Shown here: positions 25,585 to 35,714 of the stretch, piece by piece
Numbering within the stretch: the first letter of the stretch is position 1
Layout of the letters: each line of letters begins with the position of its first letter
From: an uncultured Woeseiaceae bacterium
GTDB lineage: Bacteria; Pseudomonadota; Gammaproteobacteria; Steroidobacterales; Woeseiaceae
Length of the DNA stretch: 64,000 bases
Assembly (NCBI GenBank): GCA_964528965.1
Contig: CAZGVL010000006.1
Location: 10,265 to 74,264, forward strand
Direction: 5' to 3'
Notes under the pieces: model-generated
The model's database searches: none
The model's input: the letters and a program-made list of their open reading frames with translations, nothing else
Told to the model about the DNA's origin: nothing
Made by a program: the position numbers and the translations under genes

Positions 25585-27798
25585 TTACTCCGAACCGCTG
25601 CTGATCATTTTGCTCAGTGATTCAATTCTCGCGGCCATGCCATTGAGCACATCTGCTGCGATCTCAATCTGACCTTCCACTGCATCGAACTTCTCCTGTT
25701 CGATCGCCTCACGAACGCCGGGGATCGTCTTGACGCCATAGCCTGTGTAAAACCCGGGCGCATAAATATGGTGCTTGTACCAGGGCCTTCCTTCCAGACC
25801 CGCTTCACGCGTCAACAATCTCTCACTGGTGTACAACAGCTCATTAATCTCTGCGGATGTTGTTGCGTGATTCGTTGTGGACGTGTCGAAATCGCTTGCG
25901 GCAAGTTGCAGTCGATCAAGTGCGTTGCGCAACGGCGCGAAATTGAAGTGTGGTACCAGCGGCTTCTCGCGTGGCGCTGAGAGTGCTTTGTCGGGATTGA
26001 GCGCGGCGGCATAACTGCCATCGGCGATCAGCTCATTGGTTCGTTCCGCCTCTGCGCGCATCTTTGCTGCAAGCTCTTCGAGTTCAGTCACGTACGTTGC
26101 GACGTTGTCGGCGAAGCCCTTGAACTCGAACGGCAGTCTTGGCGCGTTGGCGAGTCGTAGCGTCGCCCGACCCGTAACTTTGGCGAGTGTTGCGCCATAG
26201 GCGAGACCAGGGTCCTTCCAGGTCGTAAAGTGCTCGTAGGTGTCGTAGAGCGTGTGGTAGCTGCCATCACTCGCTTCGCCACCGAAACCGAAATTCGCTG
26301 ATGCGATGCCGAGGTGCTGAAGAAACGGTGTGTAATCTGAACCCGAACCCATTGGGTAGATTCGAAAGTCGGCTCGATCGTTATCGGTACGTTCGGGGTA
26401 GTTGACCTTGAGATGGGCGCGCCGCCGTTCTTTAAGTGTCAGCGTTGAGCGAGGGTCCAGAACCTCTTCGGTGATCTGGTTGAAGAAGCGCTCCAGTACA
26501 TGACTGCCACCGATGCCAATAAAGCCACGACTTGATGAGTCAGTATTCAGATAAGCGACTGCGTGTTTCTTGAGATCGTCGGCGTGATGCTCTGCCCATT
26601 CCGTCGAGCCGATAAGGCCGGGCTCTTCCGCATCCCAGGCGGCATACATGATTGTGCGCAACGGTTGCTGGCCTGCTTTAGCCAGGGCCGCTACCGCTCT
26701 TGCTTCGGCAAGCATCGACACCTGGCCCGACAGTGGATCCGAGGCGCCGTGGTTCCAGCCATCGTGATGGTTGCCGCGAATGACCCATTCGTCGGGATAC
26801 TCGCTGCCCTCCAGGCGCGCGATCACGTTATACGCTGTGACCATGTTCCAGTTGAATTCCGCCTTCAGGCGCACTCGGGCGGGGCCAGGTCCGAGGTGAT
26901 AAGTAATCGGCAAGCCACCTTGCCACTCGCTCGGAACGACCTCGCCACCCATTGCGGACAGCAATGGCAGGGCATCGCGATACGAAATTGGCAGTACGGG
27001 AATGGTCGTAATCGTTGGCGCATCCTCGCGCTTGAGTCGCTTGGCGTTCTTGGTAGCGCCGCGCCCGGGGGTCAGTACATCGCCCGGGTAGGTCGGCATA
27101 TCCATGACCGATCCTCTCTGTACGCCGCTGTCATTCTTGAATGGGCCCTTCGGGTAGACATCGCCAGCGCCGTAGCCATCATCCGCGGGATCGGAATAGA
27201 TGATTGTGCCAATGGCCCCTTTCTCGCCGGCCAGCTTGGGTTTGATACCGCGCCATGAACCGCCGTACTTGGCGATCGCGATCTTGCCCGCTACGTCAAT
27301 GCCGTATCGTTCCAACAGCTCATAGTCGGCAGGAACGCCGTAATTGACGAATACGAGCTCTGCTTCGACTTCACCGTCAACGGAGAAAGCGTTGTAAGGC
27401 GGCAGCAAGTTGTCGCGAACAGAGGTGCTGGGATCCTCGGCCAATGAGTCCTCTCTTAGCGAGGCAGTGAACTGAACGGGCTCAAGCAGCTCGATCTCAC
27501 GCGTTTTGGGAGTAGGGATGAGGATCGAGTACTCAGCAATCTCGACATCGTAGCCCCAGGACGTCAGGAGCTTCGCGATCATCTCAGCGTTCTCCTTTCC
27601 GGCCGCTGAGCCGACGTGATGCGGTCTGGCTGATAACTGACGCAACCACTGGTCCATTAGCTCTGCGTCAATGTTCTTATCGAGTATTGCCTCGGTTTTC
27701 CGCTGCGCCGCACTGCTCGACTCGTCGTAGCCCAGGATATTGTCCGCAGCCAGAACCAGGTTGCTGATCAACAGCAAAGCCAGAATCGAAAATCTCAT
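25585..27798 (-). CDS. Secreted M28 metallopeptidase of the glutamate carboxypeptidase II / transferrin-receptor-like type (PA + M28 + TFR-dimer domains)
   Basis: The start was set at the internal ATG (27798), with GAGGAG 7 nt upstream: MRFSILALLLISNLVLA. Zinc-ligand motifs are RGNHHDGWNHGASDP and WDAEEPGLIGSTEW. The long helical C-terminal domain is as in NAALADase-like proteins. Confidence 0.85.
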   Translation of the reverse strand: MRFSILALLLISNLVLAADNILGYDESSSAAQRKTEAILDKNIDAELMDQWLRQLSARPHHVGSAAGKENAEMIAKLLTSWGYDVEIAEYSILIPTPKTREIELLEPVQFTASLREDSLAEDPSTSVRDNLLPPYNAFSVDGEVEAELVFVNYGVPADYELLERYGIDVAGKIAIAKYGGSWRGIKPKLAGEKGAIGTIIYSDPADDGYGAGDVYPKGPFKNDSGVQRGSVMDMPTYPGDVLTPGRGATKNAKRLKREDAPTITTIPVLPISYRDALPLLSAMGGEVVPSEWQGGLPITYHLGPGPARVRLKAEFNWNMVTAYNVIARLEGSEYPDEWVIRGNHHDGWNHGASDPLSGQVSMLAEARAVAALAKAGQQPLRTIMYAAWDAEEPGLIGSTEWAEHHADDLKKHAVAYLNTDSSSRGFIGIGGSHVLERFFNQITEEVLDPRSTLTLKERRRAHLKVNYPERTDNDRADFRIYPMGSGSDYTPFLQHLGIASANFGFGGEASDGSYHTLYDTYEHFTTWKDPGLAYGATLAKVTGRATLRLANAPRLPFEFKGFADNVATYVTELEELAAKMRAEAERTNELIADGSYAAALNPDKALSAPREKPLVPHFNFAPLRNALDRLQLAASDFDTSTTNHATTSAEINELLYTSERLLTREAGLEGRPWYKHHIYAPGFYTGYGVKTIPGVREAIEQEKFDAVEGQIEIAADVLNGMAARIESLSKMISSGSE

Positions 27799-27949
27799 AA
27801 CAACTCCTCGATGGGTACATGTGGTGGTAGATATGAGGTCGCATGAGAGCACACTCGAATCCGTAACGGCAAGCGCACGGACTTTCCCGCACCCGGCTTT
27901 TTTCAAATACAATGGGCATTCGTTCACCCGCAGCTCGTAGCAACCCTCC

Positions 27950-29197
27950 ATGATCGAATTCCTCAGGCGCAATGCCCGCTGGATAGCGGGTGGCTTTGTG
28001 CTCACATTTTGTTCCAGTATCGGACAGACCTATTTCATTTCTGCCTCGATCGCGGAATGGCAGGCAGCGTTCGACCTTAGTCATGGCGAATTTGGACGTT
28101 TGTACATGTTCGCAACGCTTGCGAGCGCGTTGTGCCTCCCGTTCATTGGCAGACTGGTGGACGTGGTACCCGCGAACTACACGATTGCCCTGACCATGCC
28201 GGTACTTGCACTGGCCGCTTTGTTGGCCGCTTACGCGTCGTCAGTTGCTGTCCTGGTCTGCGCCATTTTTCTGTTGCGCCTGTTCGGGCAGGGCATGATG
28301 ACGCATATAGCGCTAACAGCGACCGGTCGCTGGTTCGTTGCCGCGAGGGGCCGGGCTATGTCGCTGGTCGTGCTGGGCCATCAGGGTGGCGAAGCGACAC
28401 TGCCGCTGGTGTTTTCGTTGTTGGCGATCAGCTATGGCTATCGCACTGGCTGGGTCGCCGGTGCTGTTGCTTTATTGCTTGTCGGTCTGCCGTTTTCATA
28501 CTGGGCATACTCGAAGCCACGAGAACATGCGGCACTACGCGAACACAAAGAGAGCAAACTTGCTGCAGTGCGTAGCTGGACGCGCCGAGAGGTCTTGCGG
28601 GATCCAATTTTCTGGGTGCTGCTCATCGGCGTGCTGGCACCCGCGTTCATCGGAACGACCATTTTCTATCACCAGAACTATTTGACCACTCTGAACGGCT
28701 GGCCACCGCAGCTGTTCGCTGTGTCATTGATCGTATTGTCATTGACGACAGTTGGATGTGCATTGCTATCGGGTGCGGCCATAGACCGCTTTGGGGCGAG
28801 TACCGTCTTGCCCTACTTCCTGCTGCCGTTAGCCAGCGCCTGTTTCGCACTGGCCTTTAGCGGCCCGGCATACACGCTTTATATAGTCATGGTGTTGCTC
28901 GGGATCAGCTACGGCATTTCATCAACACTCTTCGGTTCTCTGTGGCCTGAAGTTTATGGTCTCGCAAACCTGGGCTCGATTCGCTCTGTCACTGTGTCAG
29001 CCGCCGTTTTCTCGACCGCCGCAGGCCCGGGACTGACCGGAACGCTGATTGACCGAGGTATCGACCTTCCGGCGCAGATGTTGTTCATTGGCTTCTATTG
29101 CCTGTTTGCGATGGCCGCCATGATCGTCGCGTCTACCTACCTGCGACGGCGCAGACAAGCGGCAAGCAGCAGCGAGCCGAGGCCTATTTTGGAGTAG
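27950..29197 (+). CDS. MFS transporter, substrate unknown
   Basis: 415 aa with about 12 TM segments and a typical MFS loop motif region (GRLVDVVP..., GQGMMTH...). Confidence 0.8.
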   Translation: MIEFLRRNARWIAGGFVLTFCSSIGQTYFISASIAEWQAAFDLSHGEFGRLYMFATLASALCLPFIGRLVDVVPANYTIALTMPVLALAALLAAYASSVAVLVCAIFLLRLFGQGMMTHIALTATGRWFVAARGRAMSLVVLGHQGGEATLPLVFSLLAISYGYRTGWVAGAVALLLVGLPFSYWAYSKPREHAALREHKESKLAAVRSWTRREVLRDPIFWVLLIGVLAPAFIGTTIFYHQNYLTTLNGWPPQLFAVSLIVLSLTTVGCALLSGAAIDRFGASTVLPYFLLPLASACFALAFSGPAYTLYIVMVLLGISYGISSTLFGSLWPEVYGLANLGSIRSVTVSAAVFSTAAGPGLTGTLIDRGIDLPAQMLFIGFYCLFAMAAMIVASTYLRRRRQAASSSEPRPILE

Positions 29198-29316
29198 TGA
29201 GACGTGCGTCACACTCCGGTGCGGAACTACCGTAATATCCGGCGGTCTGTTCCTTGTCTGGGTCTCCGGTGTTTGATTAGCTGGGCCCTTACCATGAGAG
29301 TACCGCGGGACTCCAG

Positions 29317-31335
29317 ATGAAAGCCTACAAACTACTATTAGTTAGCCTACTCATTAGCTTCGGTTTGCCGGTGTTCGCCGGCCAATCAACAAATATCAGC
29401 GTGTCTCACTATGAGCCGCTACAGCGCATGAACCTGCAGACGCAAACTTCCGCATCGCAGCAGAAGCTGACGATTTCAGCTCCGCTCGTACTTAGTTTCG
29501 ATGCCCTCGGTCAGTCCTTCGATCTAAGGCTGGAGCCGAATACCAATTTTCTATCTGCCGCTGCAAGAAATTCACTTCCCGCGGGTATTGAAATCTATCG
29601 CGGCGGTCTGGCGGACAACGCTGCTTCGTGGGTACGTATTGTCATGTTTGAGGGCATGCCGCGAGGATTTATCTGGGACGGCAGAGAAATGTATGCGATT
29701 GAAGTGCCGGGTGACAGCATCGACGCAACGACAGCTCCGATCATCTACCGTCTTGCGGATACATATGTTGAGCCAGGGTCGATGACCTGCGGCACCCAGT
29801 CTCTATCCGGCAACGGCGCAGAGGCCTACAGCAAGATCGTCGGCGAGCTTAGCAAGTCTGCGGCACTGGCTCCGGGGGCGGTTTCCCAAATCGACATCGG
29901 TGCCGTCGGCGACTTTGAGTTTACGCATATAAGAGGTGACGCTGATGCTGTCGTGGCGATTACCGACAGAATGAATCGGGTGGATGGCATCTACAGCCAG
30001 GAAATTGGTGTGCAGATTAACGTTCCGTTTATCGAGACGTTTATTGATCCCGATCTTGATCCATTCAGTGACACATTAGATTCGAGTTTGCTTCTCGACG
30101 ATGTTGCAACCTACAGAGAAGGCTCAACAGCGCAAAATAACCTGGGCCTTACGCACCTGTGGACTGGCCGAAATCTTGAGGGGACCACGGTCGGCATAGC
30201 CTACAACGGCAACAACAATAGCGGCGTGCTTTGTCGCAGAGATGTTGGCGCCGGTCTTAGTGAAGGCAGTGACACCCCTGGATTCGATAGTCTGGTCGCA
30301 GCACATGAAATCGGACACAACTTTGGCGCCCCACATGACGGTGTTGACGGAGCGTGTGAGTCTGAGCCGCAGGACTTCATCATGGCGCCGAGGCTCAACG
30401 GAAGTAATGAGTTTTCCGCATGTTCGAAGACGATCATGCAGGCGAATGTGGCCAGAGCATCCTGTGTCACAGCGCTGCCGACCATTGACGTGTCCATAGC
30501 ATTGGATAATCCACCAGCCACGATACTGCTTGGCGCAGAGACGGTGCTTACTTATGATATTGCGAACAACGGTTCGGTCATAGCCACAAATGTCTCTGTG
30601 GACATTGATGTGCCGGCAAACCTGTCCATCGACATTGTGACGACATCGATTGGTAGTTGCATGACCGGCGCCGGGACAGTGAGTTGCACCTTGGGTGACG
30701 TTCCCGGGCTCAGTGACAATATAATTACGATTGCTACGACGCCGACGACTGTCGGCGCCGGCGTGCTGACCGCAACGATAGTGGCCGACGTTGACGAGCG
30801 GTTGGACAACAACGTCGATGTTTTGCAGCTCACAGTGGACCCTGGGGTGGATCTTGCCGTAGAGAGCCTGCCGTCGACTATTGTCATCCTCGAACAGAAT
30901 GCAACGATTGTAGCCTCGCTACAAAATCTCTCAGTAATGGATGCTACCGGAGTGACGCTAAGTGTGACTTTCGGTGGTCGGGTTGGGGTCGATACCGCTG
31001 CCTGGAGTATTGGCAGCTGCACAGTTGCCGCTCAGCAGGTCGATTGTCAGGCTACGGATTTTGCCAACCTCTCCAGCTCAACGCTAACGCTTGGAATAAC
31101 GGGATTGTCCGCGGGCAACCAGAACTACAGCGTCGAGATTGCGTCGCAGGAAGCGGATGCTGACTCGTCCAACAACACCATTACCGGTTCGGTTACGGTC
31201 CGGAATCCGGCCAGGCCTGACGAAAGTGGCGGTGGTGCAGCTGGCTTGCCACTGATCTTGATCCTGGGGCTGCTCGCAATCGTGACAAGACGCTCAGGAT
31301 GCCGGTTCGGTAATCAGCGCACGCAGGCGGCGTAG
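29317..31335 (+). CDS. Secreted metzincin (reprolysin/M12B-like) with DUF11-type repeats and a GlyGly-CTERM-like sorting tail
   Basis: 672 aa with a signal peptide (...GLPVFAGQ). The zinc motif HEIGHNFGAPHD lies at nt 30304-30339. There are about 3 repeats of the LTYDIANNGSVIATNVSVDIDVP...GSC...VSCTLG type. The tail from nt 31222 reads ESGGGAAGLPLILILGLLAIVTRR, followed by a 13-aa extension. Confidence 0.8.
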   Translation: MKAYKLLLVSLLISFGLPVFAGQSTNISVSHYEPLQRMNLQTQTSASQQKLTISAPLVLSFDALGQSFDLRLEPNTNFLSAAARNSLPAGIEIYRGGLADNAASWVRIVMFEGMPRGFIWDGREMYAIEVPGDSIDATTAPIIYRLADTYVEPGSMTCGTQSLSGNGAEAYSKIVGELSKSAALAPGAVSQIDIGAVGDFEFTHIRGDADAVVAITDRMNRVDGIYSQEIGVQINVPFIETFIDPDLDPFSDTLDSSLLLDDVATYREGSTAQNNLGLTHLWTGRNLEGTTVGIAYNGNNNSGVLCRRDVGAGLSEGSDTPGFDSLVAAHEIGHNFGAPHDGVDGACESEPQDFIMAPRLNGSNEFSACSKTIMQANVARASCVTALPTIDVSIALDNPPATILLGAETVLTYDIANNGSVIATNVSVDIDVPANLSIDIVTTSIGSCMTGAGTVSCTLGDVPGLSDNIITIATTPTTVGAGVLTATIVADVDERLDNNVDVLQLTVDPGVDLAVESLPSTIVILEQNATIVASLQNLSVMDATGVTLSVTFGGRVGVDTAAWSIGSCTVAAQQVDCQATDFANLSSSTLTLGITGLSAGNQNYSVEIASQEADADSSNNTITGSVTVRNPARPDESGGGAAGLPLILILGLLAIVTRRSGCRFGNQRTQAA

Positions 31336-32106
31336 GACCTGCTTGATTCTTGCGGCATTCTCGTTGCCCATGCGGAGCAACAACTTCTGACCGCTTGATG
31401 ACGCCTCCAGATCAGTGTCAGCAAATTCGTACAGCACGTGTGGGCGAACCAGGCGAACCGGTTCCACTGGCTCGGGCGTTTCCAGCAGCTGGTCGATGAC
31501 GTCTACGACGCGATCATTGAAGTAACCATTCGGGTAGCCAAGCCGCACATAGGATTCCTGAAACAGCGGGTAGAATCGTCTATACGTCGCCGCTACGGTT
31601 TCGAGGTCGGCTGCGACGACGAGATTGACCAACGATACGTAGCGAGCATGGTTCTCAACGCTGATAGTCAGCTGCGATGCATCACTCCCAGCCCCCGCTT
31701 CAAACGCTCCCTGCAGTCTTCCGACCGGCCTGAGCTTCTCCGCAACATGATCCCGCGTCAGGTTGTCGACCGTTGCCACGAACTTGTCAATCAATGCATC
31801 GTTGACCAGCACGTCGCCGACATCGGGTCCGAAGCTATCAATTAATGCCAGCAGGAAATAGCTGTCGCTGTCATCCAGTGGCGGCAACTCAACCAGGTCG
31901 CCTTCGAAAGACTCTTCTGATTTGACCGCTGCAATGGGATGGATCGGACTGGTTTGTGCCGGCGGTTCCGTCGCAATTGGGTCCGGCTGAATAGTGATCG
32001 TTTGCTCATTCGCCGGAAGAATGTGATCGCGGAAATACCACAGTGAGCCGGCCAGCGCGGCGCCCAATACGAGCAGGAGCAATAGTTTTACGTCTGGGTC
32101 GTCCAT
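31294..32106 (-). CDS. Membrane-anchored protein of unknown function, possibly the DUF3014 family
   Basis: 270 aa with an N-terminal TM (VKLLLLLVLGAALAGSLWYF). The family call is from memory only. The 3' end overlaps the convergent metzincin gene by 42 nt. Confidence 0.6.
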   Translation of the reverse strand: MDDPDVKLLLLLVLGAALAGSLWYFRDHILPANEQTITIQPDPIATEPPAQTSPIHPIAAVKSEESFEGDLVELPPLDDSDSYFLLALIDSFGPDVGDVLVNDALIDKFVATVDNLTRDHVAEKLRPVGRLQGAFEAGAGSDASQLTISVENHARYVSLVNLVVAADLETVAATYRRFYPLFQESYVRLGYPNGYFNDRVVDVIDQLLETPEPVEPVRLVRPHVLYEFADTDLEASSSGQKLLLRMGNENAARIKQVLRRLRALITEPAS

Positions 32107-32296
32107 GCCACTAATTTTAACCTATTTTGGCGCTGCCGCTTCTTACGCTGGTCATTATTGCTATCATCAGGCCTGCCTCGCTCAGGGATGGCGCCATGTA
32201 CAGACCGCAAGCCGAGCAATTGAGCGGTAGTCAAATAATAATAAGCATGCACTGCGTGGTTTGCTCTGCAGACAATGGCAGTGCCGGGGAAGCACA

Positions 32297-34447
32297 GTGA
32301 GGATCTTTACCGAACTTAGTCGACGCAATGTTATTCGTGTGGGAATCGCCTATGCGATCGCCTCGTGGGTGCTGCTGCAGATCGTCGATGTCGTCGTTCC
32401 CATCCTCGAGTTGCCGGAATGGTCGCCAAAGTTGATTTTCGTCATCCTGGCAATTGGTCTGGTGCCGGCGCTGCTCTTTTCCTGGGCATTCGAGCTCACG
32501 CCGGATGGCATCAAGAAAGAGTCGGAGGTCGATCGCTCCCAGTCCGTTGTGAACCAGACCGGGCGCAAGTTGAATTTCATTATTATCGCAACGCTGGTTG
32601 TCGCAGTGACCTTGCTGCTTGTGGAGCGGGAAACCAGACAGCCGGAGCTTACCGAGGTTGTCGCCGCGGAAGATCTGACCATCGCGGACGATGAAATAAA
32701 ATCCATCGCAGTGTTGCCGTTCGTCAACATGAGTTCCGACAGTGAGCAGGAGTTTTTCTCCGACGGCATTACCGAAGAGATACTGAATTCGCTCGCGTCG
32801 GTGACTGAGCTAAAAGTTGCCGGGCGCACATCATCGTTTGCGTTCAAAGGCCGGAATGATGACTTACGCAAGATCGGTGACGCGCTCGGCGTTACCCATA
32901 TACTTGAGGGTTCGGTGCGCAAGGCAGGCGCGCAGGTACGAATCACGGCGCAGCTGATTCGCGTCGACAACGGATTTCATCTCTGGTCCGAAACCTACGA
33001 TCGCGAGCTTACCGACGTTTTTGCAATTCAGGACGAGATCGCCAATGAGATTCTGAAGCAGCTGCGTAGCAAGCTGTTGCCCGAAGACGTATCGGTGGTC
33101 AGCGCAAATCGGACCGACCCCGATGTTTATGCGTTATACCTGAGGGCCAAACAACGTATCTACACAAGAATAGGGACCGAAATCGAATTAGCTGTCGAAG
33201 AGCTGGATCGGGCGATTCAAAAGGATTCGGAATACGCTCCCGCATTTGCGCAGCGCGGCATTGCCACGATGTTGTTGGCCAAGTCGCAATACGGGTCAAT
33301 TCCGGATGACGAATCCAACCGTCGTGGCAAGCGCTTTGCCGATCAATCACTACGCCTTGACTCTGAATTGGCCGAAGGCTATGCGGCGCTTGGTCTGTAC
33401 TACACCCGGGATAGTGCCGAGACAGATACCGCCATCGATGTGCTGGTCAAGGCATTGTCCATTAATCCCAATCTGATTGATGCCAGCAACTGGCTGCAAA
33501 TCGCCCTGACTGATGCCGGAGATATGTTGGGCGCGCTGGAAATCGTCGAATCGATGACGGAACGAGACCCGCTTTATCGGCCTGCGTTCTCCAATGCAAT
33601 GATGATGTTTAATAATTTCGGTCGTCAGGACAAGGCGACCGCCCTGCTGGAGCGTATGGCGGCTTTCGACCCGGAGAATCCGGATCTGTTGGCCGCGCAA
33701 TCGATCAACTACATGTATTCAGGCCGCTACGGCGAGGCGCTGCAAAAAATGGAGGCGTATCGTGACCGCGGTGAGATGGGCGGCGTTGGCGAGATGTTTC
33801 TGAGCATCGGTCTGCTTAGAACGGGCCAGTTTGAACGTGCGACTTTGGAAGGGTCGCCATTTTGGCGACCGGATGCACTGTATGAACTTGGGCGCACAGA
33901 CGAAGCGATTGCACTTGCCTATGAACACGCGTCAACCGGGTTTCCTGAAACCTTGTTCGTTCTTCTCAACAGGGAAAACCGAGGCAAGGAGATCGTCGAC
34001 TATGTCGAAGAGCGCTGGCCGAGCATTGCCGCTTTTGCCGAAGAAAACTCGGGCGACACATTTGGTTTTTCGATCATGTCGGAATTGGCGTTGGCCTATC
34101 AACGCATGGGCAATCAGGATCGATTTTATGAGGCGATGTCGCTCGCGGACAGGCGCATTTCAAGCCTGGGTGAGCAAGGGATTGATAATTTTCTTCACGC
34201 GGCGGGTAAAGCCGTTCATTTGACGTTGGCCGATGATAGCGAGGCTGCCTTTGAGCAACTGAAACTGGCAGTCGACGGTGGGTGGGTGCAGTTTGGGCCG
34301 CTTGATGAGGCCGTGCCGGCACTTGCAGCACTCGCCGATGATCCAAGGTTTGCCGAAATAGAAGCCGCGATGTTGAAAAATATTAACGTCAACCGAGCAG
34401 TGGTTGGCCTGCAACCGTTCAATGCTGATTTCCAGGTTGGGCAATAG
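32297..34447 (+). CDS. Membrane-anchored TPR-repeat protein with a TolB-N-like periplasmic module
   Basis: The N-terminus (V)RIFTELSRRNVIRVGIAYAIASWVLLQIVD... is a recurrent motif of this family, so the GTG at 32297 is preferred over the track start at 32261. IAVLPFVNMSSDSEQEFFSDGITEEI follows, then TPR-like helices. Confidence 0.75.
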   Translation: MRIFTELSRRNVIRVGIAYAIASWVLLQIVDVVVPILELPEWSPKLIFVILAIGLVPALLFSWAFELTPDGIKKESEVDRSQSVVNQTGRKLNFIIIATLVVAVTLLLVERETRQPELTEVVAAEDLTIADDEIKSIAVLPFVNMSSDSEQEFFSDGITEEILNSLASVTELKVAGRTSSFAFKGRNDDLRKIGDALGVTHILEGSVRKAGAQVRITAQLIRVDNGFHLWSETYDRELTDVFAIQDEIANEILKQLRSKLLPEDVSVVSANRTDPDVYALYLRAKQRIYTRIGTEIELAVEELDRAIQKDSEYAPAFAQRGIATMLLAKSQYGSIPDDESNRRGKRFADQSLRLDSELAEGYAALGLYYTRDSAETDTAIDVLVKALSINPNLIDASNWLQIALTDAGDMLGALEIVESMTERDPLYRPAFSNAMMMFNNFGRQDKATALLERMAAFDPENPDLLAAQSINYMYSGRYGEALQKMEAYRDRGEMGGVGEMFLSIGLLRTGQFERATLEGSPFWRPDALYELGRTDEAIALAYEHASTGFPETLFVLLNRENRGKEIVDYVEERWPSIAAFAEENSGDTFGFSIMSELALAYQRMGNQDRFYEAMSLADRRISSLGEQGIDNFLHAAGKAVHLTLADDSEAAFEQLKLAVDGGWVQFGPLDEAVPALAALADDPRFAEIEAAMLKNINVNRAVVGLQPFNADFQVGQ

Positions 34448-34496
34448 TTGTCCATGGTCTGGGTCGTACCGGTCACGTCTGTTCTAATCGCTATTT

Positions 34497-35675
34497 ATGG
34501 ATACCAATAACCGCCTGCTCTCCCTGGATATCTTCCGCGGTCTAACCATCGCGGCTATGATACTGGTCAATAACCCGGGTTCATGGAGCAGCGTTTACGC
34601 GCCACTGAGTCACGCTGACTGGCATGGTGCGACACCCACAGACTGGATCTTTCCATTTTTTCTATTCATCGTAGGTGTTGCCATTACTTACGCCATCGGT
34701 GGCGCGAAAGAGCGCGGCGCTGATCGGGGCGCGCTGATACGCAAAATATTGCTGCGCTCAGCAATCATTTTCGCTGTCGGTCTTTTTCTGTCGGGCTTTC
34801 CTTTCTTTGACCTGAGTCCTATTCGCATACCGGGTATCTTGCAGGGCGTCGCTCTGGTGTATGACGGGGAACTAAGCACTATTCGTATACCGGGTGTCTT
34901 GCAGCGTATCGCTCTGGTGTATGGCGCGGCGGCTATTCTGTTTATGTGGCTTAGCCCTCGCCAGATTTTTTTAGTTGGCATCGGCTGCTTGCTCGCCTAT
35001 TGGGCTCTAATGACATTGGTACCTGTGCCGGGCGGCTTCCCACCCAATTTTGAGCCGGCAACGAATATTGGAGCCTGGCTTGATAACGCGCTTTTGGGCG
35101 GCCACTTGTGGGCTCAGTCGAGAGTGTGGGACCCCGAGGGCCTACTCGGTACCATGCCGGCGATCGCCACCTGCATCAGTGGCATTCTGACCGGAGTGTG
35201 GCTACGCGGTGCCAGGGGCGAGTACGAAAAGGCGGCGGGGATGATGGTAGCTGGCGCGACGCTGGTTGCCGCCGGTCTGATCTGGAATACGGTGTTCCCA
35301 ATCAACAAGAGTCTCTGGACCAGCTCTTATGTGTTGTACACAAGTGGCCTGGCTTTGCTGTCACTCGGTGTCGTGTACTGGTGGGTAGACATCAAAGGCC
35401 ACCGCCGCGGCACGGAACCATTTATCGTCTACGGTACCAACCCTCTGATCGTCTTTGCCCTTTCCGGGGTCATCGGCAGGCTGGAGAATTACCTACACGT
35501 GACAACCCTGAACGGGGATACTGTTAGCCTCAAAACGTGGCTATGGCAGACGCTCTTTGAGCCTGCGTTTGGGTCACCGTATGTGGCATCGTTAGCACAT
35601 GCGATTATGTATGTACTGCTAATGCTGGCCATCGCGTGGCTCTTGTATTCCAGAAAAATATTCATCAAAGTCTAG
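34497..35675 (+). CDS. Transmembrane acyltransferase of the heparan-alpha-glucosaminide N-acetyltransferase-like family (DUF5009/DUF1624)
   Basis: 392 aa. RLLSLDIFRGLTIAAMILVNNPGSW...ADWHGATPTDWIFPFFLFIVGVAI and RIPGVLQRIALVY are hallmark motifs. About 11 TM segments. Confidence 0.8.
   Translation: MDTNNRLLSLDIFRGLTIAAMILVNNPGSWSSVYAPLSHADWHGATPTDWIFPFFLFIVGVAITYAIGGAKERGADRGALIRKILLRSAIIFAVGLFLSGFPFFDLSPIRIPGILQGVALVYDGELSTIRIPGVLQRIALVYGAAAILFMWLSPRQIFLVGIGCLLAYWALMTLVPVPGGFPPNFEPATNIGAWLDNALLGGHLWAQSRVWDPEGLLGTMPAIATCISGILTGVWLRGARGEYEKAAGMMVAGATLVAAGLIWNTVFPINKSLWTSSYVLYTSGLALLSLGVVYWWVDIKGHRRGTEPFIVYGTNPLIVFALSGVIGRLENYLHVTTLNGDTVSLKTWLWQTLFEPAFGSPYVASLAHAIMYVLLMLAIAWLLYSRKIFIKV
34821..34923 (+). 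repeat. In-frame 60-bp tandem duplication inside the acyltransferase gene (IRIPGILQGVALVY / IRIPGVLQRIALVY)
   Basis: Unit 1 (34821-34863) and unit 2 (34881-34923) share 38 of 43 nt. The period is exactly 60 bp (20 codons, aa 109-122 and 129-142). Confidence 0.9.
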
Positions 35676-35714
35676 CTCATCGCCTGAACGCAACTCACCA
35701 CAGTTGGATAATCA

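Noticed and set aside
26563-27258. 231-aa + strand ORF
   Set aside because: Antisense shadow of the M28 peptidase gene. It is Arg/Gly/Ala-rich and low in complexity, with no motifs.
27799-28005. 69-codon N-terminal extension of the M28 peptidase ORF
   Set aside because: The extension has no signal peptide and overlaps the divergent MFS gene. The internal ATG at 27798 has a GAGGAG RBS and yields a canonical signal peptide.
32350-32970. 206-aa minus-strand ORF
   Set aside because: Antisense to the TPR/TolB-N-like gene. Ser/Thr/Ala-rich shadow frame.
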